A stretch of DNA of 64,000 nt, from contig OZ244999.1 of the NCBI GenBank assembly GCA_965223265.1, positions 3,264,001-3,328,000 on the forward strand, in the 5' to 3' direction. A program made the position numbers and the translations under genes. The notes beneath the pieces were generated by a model. It did not search any database. It saw only the letters and a list, made by a program, of their open reading frames with translations, and was not told the origin of the DNA. The first letter of the stretch is position 1; each line of letters starts with the position of its first letter. Below are positions 20,799-32,700 of this stretch, one piece after another. Source of the stretch: Planctomycetota bacterium (GTDB lineage Bacteria; Planctomycetota; UBA8108; SXIK01).

Positions 20799-21311
20799 TC
20801 AGATCAGCTCCATGTTGCGAAGGATTTCGTTCGCGTCCTTGGCGGTTGAGAAGCCGCGGAAGTGGTCTGGATCCAGCAACAGTTTGGCGAGCGAGCGGTA
20901 CACCTTCAAGTAGGTGCGGTCGTCGTAGGGAGGTGCGAGCATGCCAAAAAAGAGGTGCACGGGTTCGTCGTCCGGTGCGGCAAAGGGGAGACCCTCGTCG
21001 GAGCGAGCGAACACCATAACGAAGTCTTTGACCTGCAGCGTGCGAAGGTGGGGGATGGCGATGCCGTTACCGATCGCGGTCGACGCTTTCTTTTCGCGTT
21101 CGAAGAGATCTTTGCGAAGGCGTTTTTCGTTGCTGACGACGCCGGTGGCACTGAAAAGTTCAACGAGCTCTTCAGCGACGCTTTCGCGCACGCGCTTGAG
21201 GTTCTTGGGTCCGTCGACATCGAAGTCGTCGGGGAGATCTCCCGGCGGCACGGCGGTGGTCCGCATGTCGAGTCGAATAGCGTTCTGGCGAAGGAATCGG
21301 CGCAGTTTCAC
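20799..21311 (-). CDS. PTS EIIA component (fructose/Ntr-type)
   Basis: ERE...STAIGNGIAIPH phospho-His motif, APDDEPVHLFF; likely GTG start at 21311. Confidence 0.85.
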   Translation of the reverse strand: MKLRRFLRQNAIRLDMRTTAVPPGDLPDDFDVDGPKNLKRVRESVAEELVELFSATGVVSNEKRLRKDLFEREKKASTAIGNGIAIPHLRTLQVKDFVMVFARSDEGLPFAAPDDEPVHLFFGMLAPPYDDRTYLKVYRSLAKLLLDPDHFRGFSTAKDANEILRNMELI

Positions 21312-21423
21312 GATAGTGGTTCGTCGGGCGAAGCGCGCTGCGGCACTCTCTGCCAGCCCGCCGGCCTCGGATGACCAACCCGAGCGCGGCGGGGTCCGTG
21401 CAATTGGTGCCGCAAACTGGCTG

Positions 21424-21451
21424 ATTATACGCGCCCTCGCGGCGGCGACAA
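21424..21451 (-). promoter_or_regulatory. Putative sigma70 promoter for ptsIIA-holA
   Basis: Minus-strand TTGTCG-16 bp-TATAAT. Confidence 0.4.
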
Positions 21452-21515
21452 GCAAACGAAAGGCCCATCCGAAGCCGCATCCCGGCATCGACTCAAGGGC
21501 GACGGCGAGGGTCGA

Positions 21516-21544
21516 TTGACTTCACACTGATCGCGACATAACAT
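21516..21544 (+). promoter_or_regulatory. Putative sigma70 promoter of the tRNA
   Basis: TTGACT-17 bp-TAACAT, 11 bp upstream of the tRNA. Confidence 0.55.
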
Positions 21545-21555
21545 GCTCCTACTAT

Positions 21556-21632
21556 GGCCTCGTAGCTCAGTTGAATAGAGCGTCTGCCTCCGGAGCAGAA
21601 GGTCCCAGGTTTGAGTCCTGGCGGGGTCACCA
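21556..21632 (+). tRNA. tRNA-Arg(CCG)
   Basis: Cloverleaf with acceptor GGCCTCG/CGGGGTC, anticodon arm TCTGC-CTCCGGA-GCAGA, T arm CCAGG/CCTGG and encoded CCA; 77 nt. Confidence 0.95.
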
Positions 21633-21668
21633 ACGCAGCTTCCGCCGAATCCTAAAGTTAGGATACCG

Positions 21669-21691
21669 TCCCCGCCCCAAGAGGGCGGGGA
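21669..21691 (+). terminator. GC-rich hairpin downstream of the tRNA (no U-tract)
   Basis: TCCCCGCCC-CAAGA-GGGCGGGGA; a related copy lies near 37210-37232. Confidence 0.4.
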
Positions 21692-21740
21692 GGCGCGGCT
21701 CTAAACCGTATACAAACGTATACCGACGGAGGAGTCGCCC

Positions 21741-22547
21741 ATGGCGAGAGGCATCGGGTCACCGAAAAAGGGTCGGGGGCCGAAGTATCGACGGCAGCGA
21801 CGGCAGGGCAAACCGGACCTTGCGTTCATCGAGGTTGGTGGGCAGAGGCTCTACCTTGGCGAGTACGGCACCGAGGTGAGTCGCGCTGAGTACACGCGGC
21901 TGGTGGCTGAGCTGGCTGCGGCCGGCGGGAGTCTAACGGTGGCGCGCAGCGGGACAACGGTCGTCGAAGTGGTGGCGCGCTTTTGGGAGTTCGCGCAGTC
22001 GTATTACCGCCGGCGTGACGGCACAGCGACGAGCGAGGTAGCTAACTACCGCGCTGTGCTGAAGGTTTTGCGGGAGCTCTATGGCCACACGCGGGCGAAA
22101 GAGTTCGGACCCCTGAGTCTCAAAGCGGTGCGGGCCGAGCTGATTCGGCGTGATCTTTCACGCAGCACGGTCAACTCGATGGTCAATCGTGTGAGGAGAG
22201 TGTTTCGCTGGGCGGCTGAAGAAGAGCTCGTGGACGCTGCAGTTTACCAGGCTCTCCAGACCGTGCGCGGTCTGGCGCGAGGGCGCTCACCAGCGCGAGA
22301 GACCGAGCCGGTGAGACCGGTGGCGATCGAGGATGTGGAGGCCGTGCTGCCGCACCTGTCGACGCCGCTGCGTGCTGTCGTTCGCGTGCAGCTTCTTACG
22401 GCGGGAAGACCAGGGGAGATTCTCTGCATGAGGCGCTGCGACATCGATCAATCGGGCGAGATTTGGTGCTACCGTCCAGAGAGTCACAAGACGTCGTACC
22501 GCGGGCGGGAGAGGAAGATCTACCGGCGCACGTCGAACCATTCGTGA
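21741..22547 (+). pseudogene. Island tyrosine integrase, C-terminally truncated
   Basis: GGAGG SD, arm-binding N-terminus and SAM-like domain. Catalytic R is present (TAGRPGE) and HKT follows, but the HxxR/Y half is missing after RKIY at ~22524. Confidence 0.8.
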
Positions 22548-22765
22548 AGCTTTGGACACGGAGACCTCCGCGTCGAAGTGCTGCACGGCGAGCTCGATTC
22601 GCCAGGGAAGTGCGTGGACCCATCGAGCAGATGCTCTCCGTTGTGGTCCCTGGATTTACGACGACGAGACGACGACACGACCTTTCTCTACCGTTCGAGA
22701 CGGTGGCGCCAGGGTTCTTCGAGTACCTCCAGACTGAGAGGGGCCTTCAACCAACCACGGTTGTC
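22510..22765 (+). pseudogene. Internal fragment of a second (RIT-like) tyrosine recombinase
   Basis: EDLPAHVEPFV...PGFFEYLQTERGLQPTT resembles the SAM-like domain of RIT integrases; different frame from the island integrase. Confidence 0.5.
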
Positions 22766-23033
22766 CACCCGTCTTCAGTGCGCGCACCTTACCGCGGTCT
22801 CGTCGTGCTGACGGCACAAGGCCGTCGAAGCCGCTGGTGCGGTATCTATAGAGCCACTCCTCGAGAGTCTTCTTCGCGATGCGTCGCTCGCGCCCGTCCG
22901 GACCCTTCCACTTCTTGCGGGCGCGTTCTGTGAGGACACGTCCGAGCTCTCCACGCCTCAGCCCTCGGTGCAGGAGATCACCGAGGACCGCGTAGCGAAA
23001 GAGCGCTTCGGCTTTTCTACGCTCGTCGTTCAT
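22766..23033 (-). pseudogene. N-terminal HTH fragment of a DDE (Mu/IS481-like) transposase
   Basis: MNDERRKAEALFRYAVLG...KTLEEWLYRYRTSGFDGLVPSARRDRG; GGAGG SD; no DDE core follows. Confidence 0.7.
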
Positions 23034-23134
23034 AAACACCTCCGTTCGTTGTTGGAGAAGCGAAACGGCGGTGAGGGTACAGACGGCGGCGAGCGCTGAG
23101 GATGGACCTCCTGTGTGGATGTCCGAAGGCGCGC

Positions 23135-23799
23135 TCAGAGCGCAAGTTCCGCCTTGAGTTTTTCTGGAGGGTCGCGCCCCAGTGCCCAAGCGTGTCCCCG
23201 GAAATGAACGCTCGAGCCAAGGAGCGCACGCGCTACGGCGCAGCCGCCCGACGTCAACTCAACGTCGGCTTGCGAAAGCAGTCTCTGCAGGCGCCGCTTC
23301 GCATCACTACGCCTTTGAGGCTTCTTCTGATAGCCGAGTCGGCGCGCAAGCCAATACCACAGAGTCACCAGGAACTGCGAGCGCCAACGGCGAAGGCTCC
23401 GCCAGCTCCCTGAGTCGACCGCGACGCCGAAGTGCTCACGGATCTCACGCTCGCTGCGATCTTCCAGGAGGTGGAGTCTCAATGCCTCGACGATGACGCC
23501 AGCAGCGTACCAACGGTGAGGATGAAGATCGTCGGAAAGGATGCTGATCGTGCGTCTGCAGCCGCGGCACAAGTAACGCCGAACGAGTATGAACGGCTCT
23601 CCTTCGACTTCGACGACGCCAAGCACTTGCCGGCGGTACGTGCCGTGACCGACGATGCCAAGCCGCTCACCGGGAGAAAATGCCAGCTGACCGCACAGAG
23701 GGCAGCTCGAGGGCCTGAGCCGCTCGACCGCTGGAAGCCGGGCGAGCTCGAAAAGCTCCTCGATACGATCGAAGAGCGAGCGTACGATGATCATCCGTG
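23135..23799 (-). CDS. DUF6431-like zinc-ribbon protein associated with DDE/ATPase transposons
   Basis: CPLCG...HGTYRR...RRYLCRGCRRTISIL; directly upstream of the transposase fragment. Confidence 0.7.
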
Positions 23800-24589
23800 T
23801 TTTCTTAGCGGTGAAGCGAGATCGGCAAAATCTTACGCTTCGCCGCTTTTTTAATGCCGCGATAGACGGGGACAGTTGACGGACTCGGCATCCTACCCGC
23901 ACAACTGCACGGGAAGAAAGAGGCGCGCTCAGGCGGGAAGAGGCGGTGAGGAGGGAAGGGGTTCCCCTGAACGAGGAAGACTGCTACGTCCGCTGAGCGC
24001 CCGGTTCAATTTGCGGCGTAACAACTGACCGTCGAACGCTAATTCCTTGTGTTCACAACGTCGCCGAGGCCAGCAACTATTCGTCCTTCACGCGAAGGAC
24101 AACGCGTTGACGGTTGATTCGCTGTCGCTGAATCGGTTCGTCCTTTTTTTTTTGCGATGTCGGGTTGCGTGCGGTAGAGTTCTCGTTGAACTATCGAGGA
24201 AGCGGCGCTCCTTTCTTCCGAAGGGCCCGCAGTTCTATTGAGGGCGGAGAAGCGATCTGTAATCTGCCTGGGCGCGAGAGACTTGGCGTTTTCATACCGT
24301 GAACGACGTCAGCCGAACGTTGTAACAACGCTATCGGTGAGTTTCATGCTGGGCCGACACGGCTCGCGCTAACGGGGAGGGACGCACGACGGGAGCAGTT
24401 CAATGTCACAACGCGGCGCGCGACAGCTCTCTTTGGCTTCGAAGTTCGAAGCCAAAGCGTAGATGACCGATCTCATCGTACTTGATCGTAAGCGGTATAG
24501 CTGCACGTGTTGATCGAGGAGCCTATCAGGCGGGGATAGTCTCTCGGTTTTCAAATTGCTCTTGAGCTTTCTCAAAAACGCGCCGAGGG

Positions 24590-25021
24590 TTGAAGACGCT
24601 GCGGAGGCGAGAACACGGGGAGGCACTGATTGTGAGGAAAAGGGACAGCCGTGAGTCGACCCGCCGAAAGAGTCTTGACTCACTTTCTCAGCATTTACAC
24701 TGCGTTCTTCGCGAAGTTCTGGAGCATCCGGAACTTGAGAAACGTCTCGTTTCAAACGAGCCGCATCTGTTCGCAAGCGAGGCGATGAACGGGCACGCGA
24801 TCGTCGTCTTCGTTCGCCCGTCCCGACCACTCTCTGTGCTCACCCCTCGCGAACTCTCTGTCGCGGAGATGGTTGGCAAAGGGCTCGGAGACCAAGGCAT
24901 CGCGAACGAACTGAAGCTGAGCGTTCATACGGTGAAGGCGCACTTGAGGAGCGTCTACCGCAAGCTGGGCGTTCGTTCCAGAGCCAATCTCGCGCGACGG
25001 TTGTCCGACGAAACGCTCTGA
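24590..25021 (+). CDS. LuxR/GerE-type HTH regulator (no receiver domain)
   Basis: LTPRELSVAEMVGKGLGDQGIANELKLSVHTVKAHLRSVYRKLGV. Confidence 0.85.
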   Translation: MKTLRRREHGEALIVRKRDSRESTRRKSLDSLSQHLHCVLREVLEHPELEKRLVSNEPHLFASEAMNGHAIVVFVRPSRPLSVLTPRELSVAEMVGKGLGDQGIANELKLSVHTVKAHLRSVYRKLGVRSRANLARRLSDETL

Positions 25022-25039
25022 CCCCCTCGATTGAACTAA

Positions 25040-25077
25040 CTCAGTCGATCTAAGTCGATCGAGTTAGATCAACTGAG
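25040..25077. promoter_or_regulatory. 38-bp imperfect palindrome, putative operator upstream of TPR-Rhs
   Basis: CTCAGTCGATCTAAGTCGA|TCGAGTTAGATCAACTGAG, 2 mismatched pairs. Confidence 0.5.
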
Positions 25078-25217
25078 CAATTGTGGGTTCCGGGTGCTCA
25101 AGTTTTACTTGGGTCTCTCAACTCTCAAACGAGCGTGGCTTTTCCACCTTCCATCCGCCAGCGGCCGGGACGTTCGTGTCGAAGCGTGTCGACCGAGGTC
25201 CATAGAAAGGCTTTCAT

Positions 25218-26696
25218 ATGAGTCCAAGAGTAAGGCGTCGCTTGAGTGGCTTTGTCTGGTTAGCTCTGCTGGCCGTATCTGCAGCAATCGTTTTCGTTGG
25301 AATCCGTGGTGGTAAAGCCCAGGGGACTGCGTTCCGGGACATTCTGGAATCAACTCCATACGCAAATCGTCTTGACGTGGCTCTCGCGGAGCTTCTCGCT
25401 ACCCAAGATGACTCGGTGGCAGCGGTCGCTGTGGCGGAGATTGTCGAAACCGCGGACCAGCTCGGACGACAAGCTGACGCGGCGCAGGGGCTCAATCAGT
25501 ACCTCTCTTCGATTCCGGAAGGATCCGACAACTACCAAGACGCGTACTACGCGCTCGCCAAGGTGCTACACACGAGCTCTCCCGAACAGGCAGAGAGTCT
25601 CTTCCAGAACGCAATCGCGAAGGACTGGGTGGCTAAAGGGCGGATCGATGCTTTCGAGGCGTACAAAGAGTCACTCTACAAGAGCGACCCGCCTCGCTAT
25701 GCGCTCGAGCAGTTCAACTACGCGATGTCAGACTCAAGCGGCGCCGTCTACGCGCGCTACCACAACTACATGGCGCTTCTCGGAATCCACAAGCTGTGGT
25801 CCCTTAGACTTAGAAAGAATGGCGGACAGTTCTCTGCGACTCAGGACGTTCTTCCCAATCTCTCGGCGACGCCGGACGCACCTCACCACCTCCAGATCGC
25901 CGAGGCGCTTTGCTACATGGTGGATGAGGCCTACGGTGATGCAGTCGATCTTCTCATAGCTCTTGATCGCTCGCTGCCCAACGCGCCCGCTGGAATCGGG
26001 CCGGAAGACCTCGGCAGCTATTTCGCGCACAACGAAAAGCTCAACATCCCTGCGTATGTCGCCACTGCGCAGATCCTCGAAGGGCTCCATCTTGACGACG
26101 CACGCGCAAACATGGAGGAGTTCTGGCGGCGAAACCAACACCGCCCAGAGCACGTCGCGGGCCTCCTTCTTCGGATCACGTATGCGCTTGAGGTCGCGCC
26201 GCGGAAGTGGCAGCGACGAATCAACGAGGTGACGGGATTCCTGATTGATGCAGGCTTCACCTCTGAGCCTCTGATCACGGGTGCGCTGCTGGACTCGACC
26301 AGGCTCCGCATACTCGACATCCACATGTGCGGACTCTTCTTCCAAAGACGTTTTGACGATGCCAAACCTTTTGCGGAGGCCGTAGTCGCCGAGTACGACC
26401 CATCCAAGATTGAATGCAACAATTCTCTTTTTTGTCTCGGGTGCATAAATCGTCGTCAAAACGAATTCGAAAACGCAGAAAAGAATTTTCTCGAACTGAT
26501 GAACAACGGAGCAGGCCCAATATGGTCAAGAGCCGCTGCGTCACAGTTGGCTCATCTGCGGATGGATATGGGAGTCGCTGATGATCACATTCGACCACTG
26601 TTAGAAAAAGTTTGGCACTACGCATCTCCGGAAGAACAGAATTACTACAGATACTCAGAACTCGAAGCGCGCTATCAAAGATATCTTTCGAAGTGA
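25218..26696 (+). CDS. Membrane-anchored/secreted TPR-like helical protein
   Basis: N-terminal hydrophobic segment; TPR-like YYALAKVL and LFCLGCINRRQNEFENAEKNF. Confidence 0.65.
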   Translation: MSPRVRRRLSGFVWLALLAVSAAIVFVGIRGGKAQGTAFRDILESTPYANRLDVALAELLATQDDSVAAVAVAEIVETADQLGRQADAAQGLNQYLSSIPEGSDNYQDAYYALAKVLHTSSPEQAESLFQNAIAKDWVAKGRIDAFEAYKESLYKSDPPRYALEQFNYAMSDSSGAVYARYHNYMALLGIHKLWSLRLRKNGGQFSATQDVLPNLSATPDAPHHLQIAEALCYMVDEAYGDAVDLLIALDRSLPNAPAGIGPEDLGSYFAHNEKLNIPAYVATAQILEGLHLDDARANMEEFWRRNQHRPEHVAGLLLRITYALEVAPRKWQRRINEVTGFLIDAGFTSEPLITGALLDSTRLRILDIHMCGLFFQRRFDDAKPFAEAVVAEYDPSKIECNNSLFCLGCINRRQNEFENAEKNFLELMNNGAGPIWSRAAASQLAHLRMDMGVADDHIRPLLEKVWHYASPEEQNYYRYSELEARYQRYLSK

Positions 26697-26755
26697 AGCG
26701 CCAACTTAAAGAAAGAATCAGCCCAGTGAATTCTATGCCCTGATTGGAGCCTATT

Positions 26756-29700
26756 ATGTCGAGTACCTTACAGCTACGTCCTAAAAAGTTATTGCGCCTC
26801 ACTTTGCTCTTCACGGTGATCTGCGTCTTCTGGGCCGCCGGTGTCCTTCAGAGCCTCCGAGCAAACGCACCTCCGCCACCTCCGGAGCCCGCTGCACCCT
26901 TCGCAGTCAGTGCTCCCGAAAACTCTCTTGGAATCCAGGAAAGACGAAACTCGGTCACTCTACCGTCAGGTGGCGAAATCCACTATCACGAAGGAATTGT
27001 CCGCTACAAGGCAATCGGCATCTCCCTCCCGGGACCCGGACGCGGATTTGCGCACATCCCGACATACTGCAACCGACACGAGAACGGCTCGAACATAGGC
27101 AGCAATGATGGAAATTTCGAAAGCCCGCAAGGAGTGAACTGGCACACGGGGTTACTTCGACTTCTCGAAATGGACAACAACGTTATCTATGTTGTAGGTG
27201 AAGGAACGGCCTCCTCGAAATACGAAAAAACATCAACATACTGGCAGGGAACGCAAGGAATCGACGCGGAGATTCATTCGAAAAGCGACGAACTAGTTCT
27301 TCGAAGCACAGAAGGTTCAGTTGTATATTTTTACGATTTTGATCAAGGAGAATTATCAGGTAAGCCCAAACGACTCGTCGATCCTATCGGAAACGACATA
27401 CTCACGATGTCTTACTACGCAACCGGACCAGTTAATGAGCTAAAGACAGTCACGCACTCGACAGGAAGAACTTGGAACTACACCTATATAAACAATGCCG
27501 GAAAACAACGAATCAGCACAATAGAAATAAAAAACAACTTCGACATAATAGTTGCAGAAATCGAATATCTATATTTCGATTCGCAGTACGAAGGAAATTC
27601 TCAGTCTGACATGTTCCATACCGGTTCCGGAACGGATGGAGATTTAATGAGAATTATAGTAAAGGAAAAGGATTCTAACGAAAATATCGGTGACCGCATC
27701 CGCACAATAGCATTCCGTTATTACACAGGATCGAAGGCTCATAAGCTAAAGTATGTCGTTGGTCCACAGAGTTACAAAGATCTCGAATCGACGTATGGAG
27801 ACCCTCTAAAATCTACCGATGTTCAAATCGACGAATACGATACTCACTATTATCAATACGATAGTATAGGAAGAGTGACAGGTTCTTTTGTTCAAACAAC
27901 GGAATGCAACTGCAGTTCAGGAGAAACGTTATATGCATACGAAGAAAGAACGCTTAAACCAACTGATTTTAACAGCTGGGCGACTCGTGTGACTCAAACT
28001 AATCCAGACGGAACTGCAAAAATTGTAGACGTGAATATTGCCGGATCTATAATAACTGAAATTATTCAAAGCGATGACGCATGGATACCCGGCGAGCAGC
28101 GTTGGATAACGCACTACGATTTTGATTCCGAGGGAAGAGTTGTCGGCATAGCGTACCCATCGGCCGTCTCCTCATACGAAGAATCGACACATACTGCAAC
28201 CGTCCTGTCAAGTTCCGGTCTAATTCACGGGATAACATATGACTCAAGCGGAAACCTAGTTGAGCAGAGAGTAAAGGAAGGGAGTGCGCGCGTCGGATAT
28301 CTTGTTCGAAAGGTTGCCTATGGCTCCAAATCTTTGGGAAGCAATACAATATATTTCCCAACAAGCGAGAAAACATACACGATTGAAACTACTGCCGACA
28401 ACAGCGGAGCTGAAACAACTTTTACGTATGAATGGTATCCAGACGTCAATGACGTAGATGAAGATTCGGATGTGTTGGAGGACTCCTTACAGGTTGAGGA
28501 AATCGAAACTACGCTGGTCTCCGTTCCTACAATCGAAAATGGAGAAGGGGTTCCACATTCGCGCAGTGTATACTTCGATACGAAAGGGCAAATGGTCTGG
28601 GGGAAAGACGAGTCCGGATCGATTACGTATCGCGAGTACGATCCTCATATGGGCGTTGTAGTAACGCTAATTAATGATGCGAATACAGCGGGCCTAGGTC
28701 CTCCGGGCGGCTACACAAGCAGTTCTGGTTTACACCTTGAATTTTCCTACTCCTTGGACGATTATGGCCGCGTGATATCTATGACAGACCCTGAAGGGCG
28801 CGTTGAAAAGTATTTCTACACACATCTATTGAACGGGAACGCCGTAACTCTCACTTACCCCCATGTAGACGACAGCGGGAATACAGCGGAAACGCCCGTT
28901 GCAATCGTGGTGTATGATCACAATGGAGATCGAGTCACAGAAGCAATGGGGGTTCCTGGGGGAGTCGATGAACCTGACAGCAATTTGTTTGATGACTTTA
29001 CGACGAATGAATTGTTGATAGAAGATGCGTTTCTTGGGAGTCTATATGGAAGGGTAGATTTTGAATATTCCGGAGGAAAAAAAATAAAACGTATCGAGTG
29101 GTCAGAAGGCAGCGACGGGTCACAAGAAAAATGGGAGACGGTGTTTGCTTATGACACTATGGGTCGCATAGAGAGAGAGAGGGATGATGGAGGAACGATC
29201 AAAAAGCACACGTACACAGTTGCCGGGAAAATAAAAACTCTATCGATTGGAACCAGTGACGGACCATCCGGAAATATGACGACGGTTCGGCGATGGTATT
29301 ATGACAACGAAGAATTATCTGGTGGGACTACCGGAAATGGCAATTTAACACGAGAAGAGCACTTTATAGATAGTTCTTCGAGTCATATTGTAAATTATCT
29401 ATACGACTGGAGAGATCGGCGAACTTCAGCAAGTCATGAAGAAGATGTGGTTGAGGTATGGACTTATGATAATAACAACCGACCGACTGAGTATTATTTA
29501 TATCAAGGTGATCCGACCCCGGCTAATTTGAGAGAAAAGAGAGAACGGAATTATGATGTGCGAGGCAATGTTTATAAGATCGTCACGTACGAGGTTGAAA
29601 AAAATGGTCCTGTTCCACCTCTCGGGACGATCGGATCTTCGACATCGACGAACATATGGCGCGATCCTCGTGGGGCATTTATCAAAATCGCGTCTCCAAA

Positions 29701-32700
29701 AGGGTTGTTTAGAAAATATGAGTACGACGGCGCGCAGAGGTTGATCAAATCCTATACGTCCTATGACACAGACGAAACGGCGTACGCGGACGCGACGGGT
29801 GTGTCGGATGATATTGTGATCGAGCAGGTCGAGTTCGATCATGATAAAACTGGGAAGATTCTCTTGAAGACAGAATTTTCCCGAAGGGAAGAGCATCTTC
29901 TTCCAGGAGCTCTTGATGGATCAAGCGGGATTCGTCACTATGAATGCCTATGGTATGACGCAATGCATCGACCTACGCATGTCGCCGACTATGGCACGAA
30001 TGGAGGATCGGATCTTATTCGGCCATTAGTGCCTCCGATCGCTAGTGACTCAGTCCTTCTGACTGTGGCGAATTATGACGAGGTGGGGAGAATTCAAGAC
30101 GAAATCGACGTCGACGGCGATGTTAAAAGGTATGGATATGACAATTTCGGTAGGTTGACTAGTATCGTGGACAATTTCGTCGACGGGATTCCCGGTGACA
30201 GCGACGATGATAGGAAGCAAGTCATTTCTTATAATTCTGTGCATCAAGTTACACATCGGAAAATTTGGATGAGTAGCTCGGAAACCCAGGAGACCGAGTG
30301 GGTGTATGGCGTGGCGATTGGTACTGGCGAGGGGCAGTCGAGAATTGCCTCCAATCGATTAGTAAAAATCATCCGACATCCTGATCCGTCCACAGGTCAG
30401 CCGGCCGATCCTCCTGGTAACCAGGAGATTTTTGCGTATAACATCCAGGAGGATGTGATTCACCATGAAGGGCGAAATGGGATCAAACATGTATTCGAAT
30501 ATGATGGGCTCGGTCGATTGGTCGTGGACAAAGTGTCAAACACAGAACCTTGGCCCGACGATGTAGATAGCTCGATTAAACGAATCCAGTGGTCGTATGA
30601 TGTAAGCGGGAGACCGGTTTCTGTCGTGAGTTTTACGGATGTCTCGGGGGCGGCAGGAAGTGTGGATAACGAGGTTAGGATCGTTTACAACGGTTTTGGA
30701 CAAATAAGACAGAGTTTTCAAGAACACTCGGGCGTCGTCGATTCAGGTACGTTATCCGTTTCGTACTCGTGGTCACAGGCGTCGTCGGGCGATCCGATAA
30801 GTCGCTTGATTCACTTGCAGTATCCGGGAAGTGGCAGGAGGATATATTTTCAATACGACAATTCGACAGGATCGACCGACCATGAGAAGATGGATTGGGT
30901 CTTAAATCGTATTAGTGGTATTTCAAATGTTCCGTCCAGTTTGGAGGACCGTATAGTTGATTATTCTTATGAGGGATTTGGTCGTATCGTTTCAAAAAAG
31001 TATGAAGTATTGGGATCTGGGGAGGTCGTGTTTACGTACGGATATGACTCCCTAGGTCGTCGAAGTTCAGTTAATGTGCAGGGATTGGGAAACATCAACG
31101 ACTTTGCTTACGGATTTAATAGAAGTTCCGCACCGATATGGAGGGAGGAGACGTACTTCGGAGGGAAGGATGAGCGATACACCTACGACGAGCTTGGGCG
31201 CGTGGATGGTTTCGAGAGAGGAGATCTGGATGTTGCGAAGACAAGCATCGAGAGCGTCGTGCGAAGCCAAGGTTGGACCCTTGATCTCTTGGGGAACTGG
31301 GAGGAGGTCAGCACGGGGGGGGACGCTACAGAACGATCGCATAATCGAGCGAATCAGATTGACGAAGTCGATGTAGGTAGCGGGAGCGGAGATCCGGTGT
31401 ATGATGAGAATGGAAACACAGAGTTTATAGAGAAGCCGGCGCCGTCAAGCCGTACGTTTATCTACGATGGGTGGAACCGAGTTGTGGGGATAAAATTCGG
31501 CGCGCAGCTCGTGGCGGACTATTCTTACGATGGTATGAATCGACGGATTCGAGATGGGTCAGCCGATCGAGATTATTACTACACAGCACAATGGCAGGTT
31601 TTGTCGGAACGGGATGGTGATTCTGCTACCGATGATTCGAAAATGGAATATGTTTGGGGGTATGGCTATATAGATGAAATTATTTCTCGGAGCGAGGACG
31701 GAAACAACGATGGGGATACTCAGGACGCGGCGGATGAGAGTGTATACTATGTCCAAGATGACAATTGGAACGTCACGACTCTTATCGACGAGGCGGGGAG
31801 CGTTGTTGAGCGGTATCTGTATGATCCCTACGGTCTGGCGACGATTTTTAGCGGCATGTGGGGTGGTCAGGGAAGTGCTGTGTATCGAAACCGTGTACTT
31901 TTTGGGGGGCGATTGTGGAACGCCAGTGGGCTCGTGTATGATTATCGACGCCGAGAATACAGCCCGTATATAGGCCGCTTTTTGCAGACGGATCCGATTG
32001 GTATTTGGGGGGATCCGGGGAGTAGCGGCAACGGCTATCTGTTCGTCGGTGGGAGTCCACTTGCGAACGTGGATCCGATCGGGGAAAAAGGGGGGAGACG
32101 AGGGGGAGGCATCAGGGAACTCAGGCCGTACAAGCACGATTGGCATGTCTATCGGCGAAACCTACGACGAGAGCGAGAGAGGAGGGAGGAGGCGCAACGG
32201 CGACGCCGGAATGAGGAGGAGGTGGATCAACTTGAGATTGTAGTTGAAGTTCCTATTCGTCCTCAAGTGTATCTAATGAGGCCGAACGGCCCACCGATTC
32301 CTCCACCGGATCCGTTCGCGACTCGGAAGCCTGTATATGAATGCACTTTTGAGGTCACGGAGAGACAGGGTGGGGGGGCGGCAGACGAAGGATTTGCAAT
32401 TTACGAGAATGAAGAGTGTCCCCCGGCTGAGTCGAATTGTAGGGTTTGCTGGGTGGATCGAAGGAGTGAATTGAGAGTTTGCAGCAGTTTTGACGGATGG
32501 GCTCAGCCACATGATGGAGATTGTGCAGGGAAGAGGTATTATTCGGAGTGCAAGTATACGAATAGAATGAAAGATTGGCTTTTGGAGATAGCGGTGACGA
32601 AGCCCGGTGGGTGGAACGCTGAGTTCCGTGGGCAATACGGCATAGCCGGCTTGTGTGGCCTTGGCTATGCTATTAGACCTAGCCAGCCTGACAGGCTGAA

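Noticed and set aside
21571-21879. 102-aa ORF over the tRNA, and the similar ORF 36974-37297
   Set aside because: Both translate tRNA/att and leader DNA; their similarity reflects the nucleotide repeat.
26756-32083. Diversity-generating retroelement or orphan Rhs-CT cassettes
   Set aside because: No reverse transcriptase, no template/variable repeat pair and no second DPxG core seen.
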